Below, in pieces: positions 1 to 9,340 of a stretch of DNA of 64,000 bases. Made by a program: the position numbers and the translations under genes. Position 1 is the stretch's first letter. The number at the start of each line of letters is the position of its first letter. The stretch is taken from the NCBI GenBank assembly GCA_040767965.1, contig JAXGNR010000006.1:64001-128000 (forward strand), in the 5' to 3' direction. The DNA is from Atribacterota bacterium (lineage in GTDB: Bacteria > Atribacterota > Phoenicimicrobiia > Phoenicimicrobiales > Stramentimicrobiaceae). Under the pieces are notes generated by a model, which saw nothing but the letters and a program-made list of their open reading frames with translations, ran no database searches and was not told where the DNA came from.

Positions 1-260
1 ATATTTATCTTTAATGTTAATGTTTTCTAATAATTCTCTTGCTATTTTATTGTAATGATTAAAAGCATACAGATCATAATATTTGACATCTTCTGTTATT
101 TTTCCATTATAAGAATCTTCTGTTCTTTCTTTCATTATTGAAGTATTTTTAATACTTCCATTGATAAAGGAAAAATATTACTTATGTTTAAAATAACTCT
201 TTCCAGTAATGGCAATTCTCCAGTCCAAAAATATCCGGGGTTTTTCTTATATTTTTTCAT
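1..260 (-). pseudogene. Possible degraded PIN-domain gene remnant
   Basis: ATG at 260 after AAAAGGAAA reads MKK*EKPRIFLDWRIAITG. The 'rIFLD' resembles a PIN-domain N-terminus. Several stops follow. Confidence 0.2.
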
Positions 261-683
261 TGCAATATATTTCCTTTTTGTATGTAATAATATTTTAATT
301 TTCTGGCTTTGAATGTTTAAAATATAGTTTTTCTTTAATGGGTTATCTTAATCCTTGCTTAGGAATTTAATTAAAATAAATTAAGAAAAATCTTTTAAAT
401 ATTACAAATATTACAAAGAACTATTTATTTTATTGGTGTAGAACATATTTTTAATTGTTAAGGTATTATATGTAGAAATTAGTGTAGTGGAAACATTCAG
501 CCATTAATTCAAAATAGACAAAATTTATTTGAATATTTTTTATTAATTATACCATAATGCTAATAAGATTATGCAAATTTCTCATTAAAAACAAACAGAA
601 TATTTTGTTCAATACATTTTAAAATAGTAAAATAAAAAAAGAGGTCTAAATAAAAATATTAAAAACAGATAGGAGTTCATAAA

Positions 684-1324
684 ATGAAAAATAGAAATTG
701 GTTGGTTACCAGTTTATTTCTCTTCTTTTTTCTTTCATAGCACTAATATTTACCGTCTCATTAGCAGCACAGGAGTTTTCTTCCCAGATTAAGATTACTC
801 AACCAAAGGAAACATATTTATATAATTATTTTGTAAAAGATCATCTATATCGGCTGGAGGGTGAAGACAGCAGTGGGGAACCTATGGTTATAATCGCTAA
901 CCGACAATAGGATTCTTATTTTGGCTTGCATCCGATTATGAAGTTTTATATGGGATTTACCAGAGAAGAAATTTTCTTATTCAATCCTATAATTGGATGG
1001 GAAATGATCACTGAGGGATATCATGAAGAAAAAGTTAGCTCAGAAATGCTAAATGGTTTGGAATGTGAAAAATATATCTATTCCAGGGAGGGAATGGAAG
1101 GGATTATTGAGTCCTGGTATTCACCTGAATTAAAACAACAGGTAAAAGTCATTATTCCTTTAATGCATTCTGAACAAAGCACTTTTGAATTACTCAACAT
1201 ACAAGTGGGAACTCAGGATGAAAAATATTTTATCATACCTGATGATTATATTGAATTATCATCTATGGAAGATGCAGAAAAACAAATTCAAACCGAAATA
1301 GGTATCGAGGAAAGTGCTTCATGA
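684..1324 (+). pseudogene. Exported DUF4412-like protein, disrupted
   Basis: AGGAG RBS and ATG at 684. Signal peptide has a frameshift at the T-run near 726-731. ORFs 698-910 and 926-1324 are in the same frame, separated by TAG 908-910. Motifs 'E-x-NGLECEKY', 'W(Y)SPEL' and 'FIIPDDY' are typical of DUF4412-like proteins. Confidence 0.55.
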
Positions 1325-1681
1325 ATTTGGATACATTTGAAGAAAAAGATTCTGATTCTGAATGAATACTATCTTTTTGTTAAATTATTAAAAAATAAAT
1401 TGAACATTAGATTGATTTTGCATCACAACACTTTTGCCTTATAATATAATTATAAGAATTACATTGTAAATAAGATAATAATAATTTGTAAGAATTAACT
1501 TATTGAATTTATACTTGACTTTTAATTTTTTGCTTAATAAAATATAGCTATTAAATTTGAATTAATATATTTCTAGATATATTTGAAATTATACATAAAC
1601 ACCACACCAATGTAGCCCAATCAAAACAACTTGCAATTTTCTAAAATATTCATACGAAAAGAAAATAGGTAAAATTATAAA

Positions 1682-1966
1682 ATGACAAATAAAAAAAAGA
1701 AGTTTGATATTTATCAGGAAGCTCCTTCAAATGAAAAATATTTTTATTTAAACAACAAGATACCATTAAAAAATCTGGCAGAGTTAATAGAGCAGCTTAC
1801 AAAAATTGATCAAGAAACAATTAAATGCCATGTTAATAAAAAAAATAATGATTTTGCCAAATGGGTGCGTGATGTATTTGGAGAAAAAGAACTGGCAAGG
1901 AGAATGAAAATGTCTCGCTCTCCACAGGGAATGCTAAAATCTATTACAAAATTTTTAGAAGGTTAA
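1682..1966 (+). CDS. Small DUF5752-like protein
   Basis: Pattern 'FYLNN..LKNLAEL...HVN...NDFAKWVRDVFGEKELA'; first gene of the glucan cluster. Confidence 0.65.
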   Translation: MTNKKKKFDIYQEAPSNEKYFYLNNKIPLKNLAELIEQLTKIDQETIKCHVNKKNNDFAKWVRDVFGEKELARRMKMSRSPQGMLKSITKFLEG

Positions 1967-1997
1967 TTATTAATATAAAATAGAAGGGATTTTTCAA

Positions 1998-4001
1998 ATA
2001 AATAATTTAAAAGACTTTAACGGGAAACAAAGAGTTGTAATTGAAAATGTGCAACCTGAAATTAATAACGGAAAATTCAATATAAAAAAAACTGTTGGTG
2101 AAAGTGTTATTGTTTCTGCAGATATTTACGCTGACGGACATGATCAACTTCTGGCAAATTTACTTTTTCGAAAAAATGGAGAAAAAAAATGGCAGAAAAT
2201 AAGAATGGAACATCTGGTAAATGATCTCTGGCAGAGTGAATTCAAAGTTATACAACCGGGCCTTTATGAATATTCCCTGGAAGCAATGGTTGACCAACTC
2301 TCAACATGGTGGCATGATATTCAAAAAAAAGTTGCTACCGGGACTAATATCCTGGTTGACATAAAAAGCGGGCTTCCCATTCTGACTGAATCAATGAAAA
2401 AAATAAAGGAGTCTGACAAAAAAACAGCAATCCAGGAAATCTTAGCTCTTATTCAACTCGATAAAGAGCAAGATATTTTAATTAAAAAATTAGAAAATCT
2501 TTTAACTGTTGAATTTATACAAAAATATTCAGTCCCAAATGACATTACCTGTTATCATAACATACTAAAGGTAACTGTTGATCGCAAAAGGGCCGGGTTT
2601 AGTGCCTGGTATGAAATATTCCCTCGCTCCTGCTCAAACAAGACCGATCAACATGGCAATTTTGATGATTGTTTACAAAAAATACCGGAAATTTCCCAAA
2701 TGGGTTTTAATGTATTATATTTTCCTCCGATACACCCTATTGGAATTACTCATCGCAAAGGAAAAAATAATTCTATTGTTGCAGAAAAAAATGATCCGGG
2801 CAGTCCATGGGCTATTGGAAATAAATCAGGAGGACATATGGCTTTACATCCGCAGCTGGGAAGTTTTTCTGATTTTCAAAAAGTTGTACAAAAAGCAGCC
2901 CAATTTGGAATGGAAATCGCTCTGGATTTAGCTTTTCAGTGTTCTCCCGATCATCCATACATCAAAGAACACCCTGAATGGTTTCGCTGGCGCGTAGATG
3001 GGACAATTCAGTACGCCGAAAACCCTCCCAAAAAATATGAAGATATAGTTCCCTTTAATTTTGAAACAGAAAACTGGCAGAGTCTATGGGAAGAATTAAA
3101 GAATATTGTTGTTTTTTGGATTAAGCAGGGAATTAAAATATTCAGAGTTGATAATCCTCACACTAAACCTTTTCTTTTTTGGGAATGGCTAATTAATTAT
3201 ATCAAAAAAGATTACCCGGAAGTAATATTCCTGGCTGAAGCATTTACTAGACCTAAAATTATGTACAGATTAGCTAAACTTGGATTCAGCCAGTCTTATA
3301 CTTATTTTACCTGGCGAAACACCAAACAGGAGCTAATAGAATACCTTACTGAATTAACTCAGTCTCAGGTAAAAGATTTTTTCCGTCCTAATTTTTGGCC
3401 AAATACACCTGATATCCTTTCTGAGTATTTACAAGCTGATGGAAAACCTGCATTCATAATTAGATTTATCCTTGCAGCTACACTTTCATCAAACTATGGT
3501 ATTTATGGACCACCTTATGAAAGATTTATCAATAAGGCTATCAGTGGCAAGGAAGAATATTATAACTCAGAAAAATATGAACTTAAAAACTGGCCATCAG
3601 AAGAAGTAAAAGAAAATGTTCATGATTTATTTGCCAAAATAAATAAAATCAGGGAGGAAAATCCTGAATTTCATAAAACGAATAATATTTTATTTTTACC
3701 AGTTGAAAACAATCAACTACTTTACTATGCAAAATTTAACGAGCAAAACACCGATGCTATTCTGGTTATTGTTAATCTTGACCCTAACTATACCCAGTCC
3801 GGTTGGATAAAAATACCGCTTGCTGAGCTGGGTATCTCAGCTGATCAGTCTTTTCTGGCTCATGATTTATTAGGCGGAGGACAATATATCTGGCAAGGTG
3901 AGTTCAATTATGTAGAATTAAATCCATATGTACTGCCTGCCCATATAATTAAAATTAAAAAATACTTAAAAAAAGAAAATCAATTTGATTATTTTAACTA
4001 G
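1998..4001 (+). CDS. glgE: Alpha-1,4-glucan:maltose-1-phosphate maltosyltransferase
   Basis: WYEIFPRS, YFPPIHPIG, ENPPKKYEDI, FRVDNPHTKP, FLAEAFTRP, FWPNTPDIL. The conserved 'RVVIENVQP' lies upstream of the track start at 2049, so the start is placed at ATA 1998. Confidence 0.95.
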   Translation: MNNLKDFNGKQRVVIENVQPEINNGKFNIKKTVGESVIVSADIYADGHDQLLANLLFRKNGEKKWQKIRMEHLVNDLWQSEFKVIQPGLYEYSLEAMVDQLSTWWHDIQKKVATGTNILVDIKSGLPILTESMKKIKESDKKTAIQEILALIQLDKEQDILIKKLENLLTVEFIQKYSVPNDITCYHNILKVTVDRKRAGFSAWYEIFPRSCSNKTDQHGNFDDCLQKIPEISQMGFNVLYFPPIHPIGITHRKGKNNSIVAEKNDPGSPWAIGNKSGGHMALHPQLGSFSDFQKVVQKAAQFGMEIALDLAFQCSPDHPYIKEHPEWFRWRVDGTIQYAENPPKKYEDIVPFNFETENWQSLWEELKNIVVFWIKQGIKIFRVDNPHTKPFLFWEWLINYIKKDYPEVIFLAEAFTRPKIMYRLAKLGFSQSYTYFTWRNTKQELIEYLTELTQSQVKDFFRPNFWPNTPDILSEYLQADGKPAFIIRFILAATLSSNYGIYGPPYERFINKAISGKEEYYNSEKYELKNWPSEEVKENVHDLFAKINKIREENPEFHKTNNILFLPVENNQLLYYAKFNEQNTDAILVIVNLDPNYTQSGWIKIPLAELGISADQSFLAHDLLGGGQYIWQGEFNYVELNPYVLPAHIIKIKKYLKKENQFDYFN

Positions 4002-4010
4002 GAGGTATAG

Positions 4011-7000
4011 ATGATCAGTCAGGACGATTTTGCTGAAAACCCTTTATGGTATAAAGATGCGATTATTTATGAACTGCATGTAAAAACGTTTTTTGACAAA
4101 AATGGTGATGGCATTGGTGATTTTAGAGGATTAACTGAAAAACTTGATTATCTGGAAAACCTGGGGATTAATACCATCTGGTTATTACCCTTTTTTCCTT
4201 CTCCCCTCAAAGATGACGGGTATGATATTTCAGATTATTACAGCATTCATCATCATTATGGCAATATGCGCCATTTTAAAAACTTCTTAAATGAAGCCCA
4301 TAAAAGAGAAATGAAAGTCATTATTGAATTGGTCTTAAACCATACTTCTGACCAGCACCAATGGTTTCAGAAGGCTCGTAAAAAAGATGCTCCTAAGAAA
4401 TGGCGGGATTTCTATGTCTGGAGTGATAACCCTAACAAATATCAGGATGCCCGTATAATCTTTCAGGATTTTGAAACTTCTAACTGGACCAGAGATCCGG
4501 AAAATAATAAATATTTTTGGCATCGTTTCTACTCTCATCAACCTGACCTTAATTATGACAATCCCGATGTTCAAAAAGCTATTTTAAAAGTAATTGATTT
4601 CTGGATGAAGATGGGTGTTGATGGAATGAGATTAGATGCAGTCCCTTATCTTTTTGAAAGAGAAGGTACTAATTGTGAAAATCTGCCTGAATCTTTAGAG
4701 TTTTTAAAAAAAATGCGTGCACATTTAGATAAAAATTATAAAAATAGAATGATTCTGGCAGAAGCTAACCAGTGGCCTGAAGATGCTATTCGCTATTTTG
4801 GAGATGGAGATGCTTGTAATATGGCTTTTCATTTTCCATTAATGCCTCGTATGTTTATGGCCTTAAGAATGGAAGATCGTTTTCCAATTGTCGATATTCT
4901 AGAACAAACGCCGGCTATTCCGGATAACTGCCAATGGTCATTGTTCCTCAGAAACCATGATGAATTGACTCTGGAAATGGTTACAGATGAAGAACGGGAT
5001 TATATGTATCGAGTCTATGCCAGAGATACTTCTGCCCGTATTAATTTAGGTATCAGGAGACGTTTAGCTCCATTACTGGAAAATCATCGCCGAAAAATGG
5101 AGATAATGAAAATATTACTCTTTTCCCTGCCTGGCACACCTACAATTTATTATGGAGACGAAATTGGTATGGGAGACAATCATTTCTTAGGTGATCGTGA
5201 TGGTGTCAGGACTCCAATGCAGTGGAGTCCTGACCGTAATGCTGGTTTTTCCCAGACTAATCCCCAAAGGCTTTATTTGCCGGTGATAATTGATCCAGCT
5301 TACCATTATGAAACAGTAAATGTGGAAAATCAGGAACAAAATCAAACTTCTTTTTTCTGGTGGATGAAAAGAGTTATCAATATGCGTAAAAATTACAAAG
5401 CATTTGGTAGAGGAAGTATCAAATTCTTACAACCTGATAACCCGAAAATACTTTCTTTTATCCGCAAATATGAAGACGAAATAATTTTAGTTGTTATAAA
5501 CCTTTCTCGTTTTTCTCAAGTGGCTGAAATAGATTTATCTGAATATGCCGGATATCACCCAATAGAAATATTCAGCAAGAATCAATTTCCTACTATCCAG
5601 GAGAAGCCTTATGTAATGACCATGGGTTTTTATGATTATTTCTGGTTTACATTACAAAAAGAAGAATCCTCTTCCTCGGAAAAAACCGGAAGGCAAATTC
5701 CAGTAATTAAAACAAAAAAAGAATGGACAGAACTCTTTGACAATAGGGCAAAATCAAGAATTGAAAATCAAATTCTACCTAGATTCCTGAAAGAGCAAAG
5801 ATGGTTTGCCAGCAAATCTCAGAAAATACTTAAAGTCAACATCACAGAAACCATTCCTATTAAAAATAGAAAAGGATCTTCTTTAGTACTGCTTGTTAGG
5901 GTTAGTTATACTTCGGGACCAGAAGAGTATTATCATTTACCACTATCTTTTTTAGGAATTGAACAAGCAGTAACATTATTACAGGAAAAGCCGAATTTTA
6001 TCTTATTTCAATATCAATCTCCAAATGCTGATGGGGTAGTTTATGATGCAGTATTAGATGAAAATTTCCATCAAACAATCCTTCAGCTGGTGGCTAAACA
6101 AAGAATTATAAAAACTGCTGAAGGAAAACTAAATTCCTACCCGGGTAAATATTTTAGAAATATCCGGAAAATGATAAGCTCTTTTGAACGTTCCAATCTT
6201 TTAGGTGCAGATCAAAGCAATACTTCAATTTTATATGGACATGAGCTAATCTATAAGTTATTCCGAAAACTTGATGAAGGAATAAATCCGGATTTGGAAA
6301 TAGTGAAATATATTACTGAAAAAACTGATTACCGAAATGTACCTTCTTTTGCAGGAGCAATAGAATATCAGAAAAAAGATGGTTCTCTGGTAACTTTAGG
6401 CATTCTCTATCCTTTTGTACAAAGTGAAGGCAACGCTTGGGATTATTCACAAGATTATCTTATCAGATACTATGAGAGAGTTCTATCAAAAATAACTCAA
6501 ATTGAGAAAAATCCTTCTCTTCCATCATCTCTTTTTGAAAAATTGGACGAAGACGTACCGGAAATGATGCAGGAGCTTATTGGTGCTCCATTTCTGGAAA
6601 TGTCTCATCAATTGGGGAAAAGAACTGCTGAATTACATCAGGCACTAGCACAACCTACTCAGAACTCTGCTTTTAAGCCTGAATCTTACTCATTGCTTTA
6701 CCAGCGTTCAATTTATCAGTCAATTCAAAGTCTGGTAAAAAGGACTTTCTTAATCTTAAGAAAAAATAGCAATCAGTGCCCTGAGAATATTCAGGAAGAC
6801 CTGAAAGAAGTACTATCTTTGGAGTCAACTATTATCAATCATTGCAGGAAGGTTTTATCTAAAAAGATTAAAACCAAAAAAATCAGAATACATGGTGATT
6901 ACCACCTGGGCCAGGTTCTTTACACAGGAAACGATTTTTATATAATTGACTTTGAAGGTGAACCTGCCAGACCTCTGGGAGAAAGAAGATTAAAACGCTC

Positions 7001-7349
7001 ACCACTGAAAGATGTAGCGGGAATGCTCCGTTCTTTTCATTATGCTGCCTTTGCACCGTTGATGCAAAATAAAATTGCTGGAGAATATGAAGATCTGGAA
7101 TACTGGGCAAAATTATGGACATATTATGTTAGTAAAACTTTCCTCAATGCCTATCTGAAACATATTGAATCTTCAGAAATTATACCTGAAGAGAGAGAAG
7201 AAATAAGCAAACTGCTTACTATTTATTTGCTGGAAAAATCAGTTTATGAGGTAGGATATGAAATAAACAATCGACCTAACTGGCTGTCAATTCCTTTAAA
7301 AGGAATACTATATGAGATAGGGGCTATTAATAATGAAGAAAAAGAATAA
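4011..7349 (+). CDS. treS: Trehalose synthase / maltokinase fusion
   Basis: N-terminal WYKDAIIYE, RLDAVPYLFEREGTNCEN, FLRNHDELTLEMV; C-terminal kinase motifs QRWFASK, ADQSNTS, RIHGDYHLGQVL, DFEGEP. Confidence 0.95.
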   Translation: MISQDDFAENPLWYKDAIIYELHVKTFFDKNGDGIGDFRGLTEKLDYLENLGINTIWLLPFFPSPLKDDGYDISDYYSIHHHYGNMRHFKNFLNEAHKREMKVIIELVLNHTSDQHQWFQKARKKDAPKKWRDFYVWSDNPNKYQDARIIFQDFETSNWTRDPENNKYFWHRFYSHQPDLNYDNPDVQKAILKVIDFWMKMGVDGMRLDAVPYLFEREGTNCENLPESLEFLKKMRAHLDKNYKNRMILAEANQWPEDAIRYFGDGDACNMAFHFPLMPRMFMALRMEDRFPIVDILEQTPAIPDNCQWSLFLRNHDELTLEMVTDEERDYMYRVYARDTSARINLGIRRRLAPLLENHRRKMEIMKILLFSLPGTPTIYYGDEIGMGDNHFLGDRDGVRTPMQWSPDRNAGFSQTNPQRLYLPVIIDPAYHYETVNVENQEQNQTSFFWWMKRVINMRKNYKAFGRGSIKFLQPDNPKILSFIRKYEDEIILVVINLSRFSQVAEIDLSEYAGYHPIEIFSKNQFPTIQEKPYVMTMGFYDYFWFTLQKEESSSSEKTGRQIPVIKTKKEWTELFDNRAKSRIENQILPRFLKEQRWFASKSQKILKVNITETIPIKNRKGSSLVLLVRVSYTSGPEEYYHLPLSFLGIEQAVTLLQEKPNFILFQYQSPNADGVVYDAVLDENFHQTILQLVAKQRIIKTAEGKLNSYPGKYFRNIRKMISSFERSNLLGADQSNTSILYGHELIYKLFRKLDEGINPDLEIVKYITEKTDYRNVPSFAGAIEYQKKDGSLVTLGILYPFVQSEGNAWDYSQDYLIRYYERVLSKITQIEKNPSLPSSLFEKLDEDVPEMMQELIGAPFLEMSHQLGKRTAELHQALAQPTQNSAFKPESYSLLYQRSIYQSIQSLVKRTFLILRKNSNQCPENIQEDLKEVLSLESTIINHCRKVLSKKIKTKKIRIHGDYHLGQVLYTGNDFYIIDFEGEPARPLGERRLKRSPLKDVAGMLRSFHYAAFAPLMQNKIAGEYEDLEYWAKLWTYYVSKTFLNAYLKHIESSEIIPEEREEISKLLTIYLLEKSVYEVGYEINNRPNWLSIPLKGILYEIGAINNEEKE

Positions 7350-9258
7350 AATATTTTATACAGATTCTATTCTAAGTAAAGATGATGTTTTTCTTTTTAA
7401 TGAGGGAACACATTATCAATTATATAAGCACCTGGGAGCACATCCTGGTAATATAAATGGTAGAAATGGTTTTCATTTTGCGGTTTGGGCTCCTAATGCT
7501 GAATCTGTTTCGGTGATTGGCGATTTTAATAACTGGAAACCCGACATTCATAAATTACAGCAGCTGCATACTGGAAGCGGTATCTGGGAAGGTTTTGTCA
7601 CCGATTTGGAGATTGGGGAAAAATATAAATATCATATCCAATCCAAACATCAGCAATATTGCGTAAATAAGAGAGATCCCTATGCTTTTTATGGTGAAAA
7701 ACCACCCTTAACAGCATCCTTGTTATGGGAATTAAAGTATCAATGGCAGGACCAGATCTGGATGGATAATAGAAAAGAAATAAACAGATTAGATAAACCA
7801 TTTTCAATATATGAAGTGCATATTGGTTCCTGGAGAAGAAAATTAAAACCGGAAAATGATTTTCTTAATTATCGGGAATTAGCTGTAGAACTATCCCAAT
7901 ACTGCAAAGAATGTGGTTTTACCCATATAGAGCTTTTGCCGATAATGGAACACCCTTTTTATGGATCCTGGGGGTATCAAACTGTTGGATACTTCTCCCC
8001 TACCAGCCGTTATGGCACACCACATGATTTCATGTATTTTGTTGATTATATGCATCAGCAGGGAATTGGCATTATCTTAGATTGGGTACCTTCCCATTTT
8101 CCAGGAGATGAGCATGGCCTGGTATATTTTGATGGCACCCATTTGTATGAACATGCTGATCCGAAACAGGGATTTCATCCTGACTGGAATAGTTATATAT
8201 TCAATTATGGCAGAAAAGAAGTCCAATCATTTTTAATCAGCAATGCCCTCTTCTGGCTGGATAACTATCATATAGATGGATTAAGAGTTGATGCTGTGGC
8301 CTCAATGCTTTATCTGGATTATTCCCGGGAAGAAGGAGAATGGGTACCAAATCGTTTTGGTGGAAGAGAAAATTTAGAAGCTATTTCTTTTATTAAGAAA
8401 TTAAATGAAAATTGTTATTCTTTTTTCCCTGGTATACAAATGATTGCTGAAGAATCCACTGCCTGGCCAATGGTTTCCAGACCTACCTATCTGGGGGGCC
8501 TTGGTTTTGGAATGAAATGGAATATGGGCTGGATGCATGACACTCTTTCTTATATTTCCAGAGATCCAATTTATCGAAAATATCATCATCAGGAGCTTAC
8601 TTTCAGTTTAATATATTCATTTAATGAAAATTTTGTCCTTTCTTTATCTCATGATGAGGTAACCCATGGTAAAAAATCATTACTGGAAAAGATGCCTGGA
8701 GATGATTGGCAAAAATTTGCTAATTTACGTCTTCTATCAGGCTATATGTTTGCTCATCCAGGGAAAAAACTTCTGTTTATGGGAGATGAATTTGGACAGA
8801 GACAAGAATGGCAACATGACTATTCTCTGGACTGGCACTTGCTTGAAGACCAAAAGCACGCTGGATTATTAAAATGGATTCAAGACCTTAACCATCTTTA
8901 CAAGGAAGAAAAATCCCTGTATGAAGTGGATTTTGAAAGTTCAGGTTTTCGATGGATAGAGAGTAATGACTGGAATAATAGCGTACTGGTTTTCTTGAGA
9001 AAAAGCAAATCCGATAAAGAAAAAATAATAGCCATCTGTAATTTTGTCCCTACCGTCTGGTACAATTATCGTATTGGAGTGCCTGAAAACGGAACCTGGA
9101 AGGAAATTCTCAATAGCGACGCCTTAATATATGGAGGAAGTGGCCAAGGGAATATGGGTGAAGTTTTAGCGACGCCTATACCTATGCATGGTTCTGATTT
9201 TTCTATCAATATAACTATACCACCTCTTGGTATTATATTTTTAAAAAAAGGAAAATAG
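7333..9258 (+). CDS. glgB: 1,4-alpha-glucan branching enzyme
   Basis: FAVWAPNA, YEVHIGSW, SWGYQ, DGLRVDAVASMLY, AEESTAWP, LSHDEV. Confidence 0.96.
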   Translation: MKKKNKIFYTDSILSKDDVFLFNEGTHYQLYKHLGAHPGNINGRNGFHFAVWAPNAESVSVIGDFNNWKPDIHKLQQLHTGSGIWEGFVTDLEIGEKYKYHIQSKHQQYCVNKRDPYAFYGEKPPLTASLLWELKYQWQDQIWMDNRKEINRLDKPFSIYEVHIGSWRRKLKPENDFLNYRELAVELSQYCKECGFTHIELLPIMEHPFYGSWGYQTVGYFSPTSRYGTPHDFMYFVDYMHQQGIGIILDWVPSHFPGDEHGLVYFDGTHLYEHADPKQGFHPDWNSYIFNYGRKEVQSFLISNALFWLDNYHIDGLRVDAVASMLYLDYSREEGEWVPNRFGGRENLEAISFIKKLNENCYSFFPGIQMIAEESTAWPMVSRPTYLGGLGFGMKWNMGWMHDTLSYISRDPIYRKYHHQELTFSLIYSFNENFVLSLSHDEVTHGKKSLLEKMPGDDWQKFANLRLLSGYMFAHPGKKLLFMGDEFGQRQEWQHDYSLDWHLLEDQKHAGLLKWIQDLNHLYKEEKSLYEVDFESSGFRWIESNDWNNSVLVFLRKSKSDKEKIIAICNFVPTVWYNYRIGVPENGTWKEILNSDALIYGGSGQGNMGEVLATPIPMHGSDFSINITIPPLGIIFLKKGK

Positions 9259-9340
9259 AAGGCTTAATAATGATATAATTCTAAAAATCTATAATTTCTT
9301 TTGGAAGAAACTATAGAAAAAAGGAGAAAATAGCTTATAA

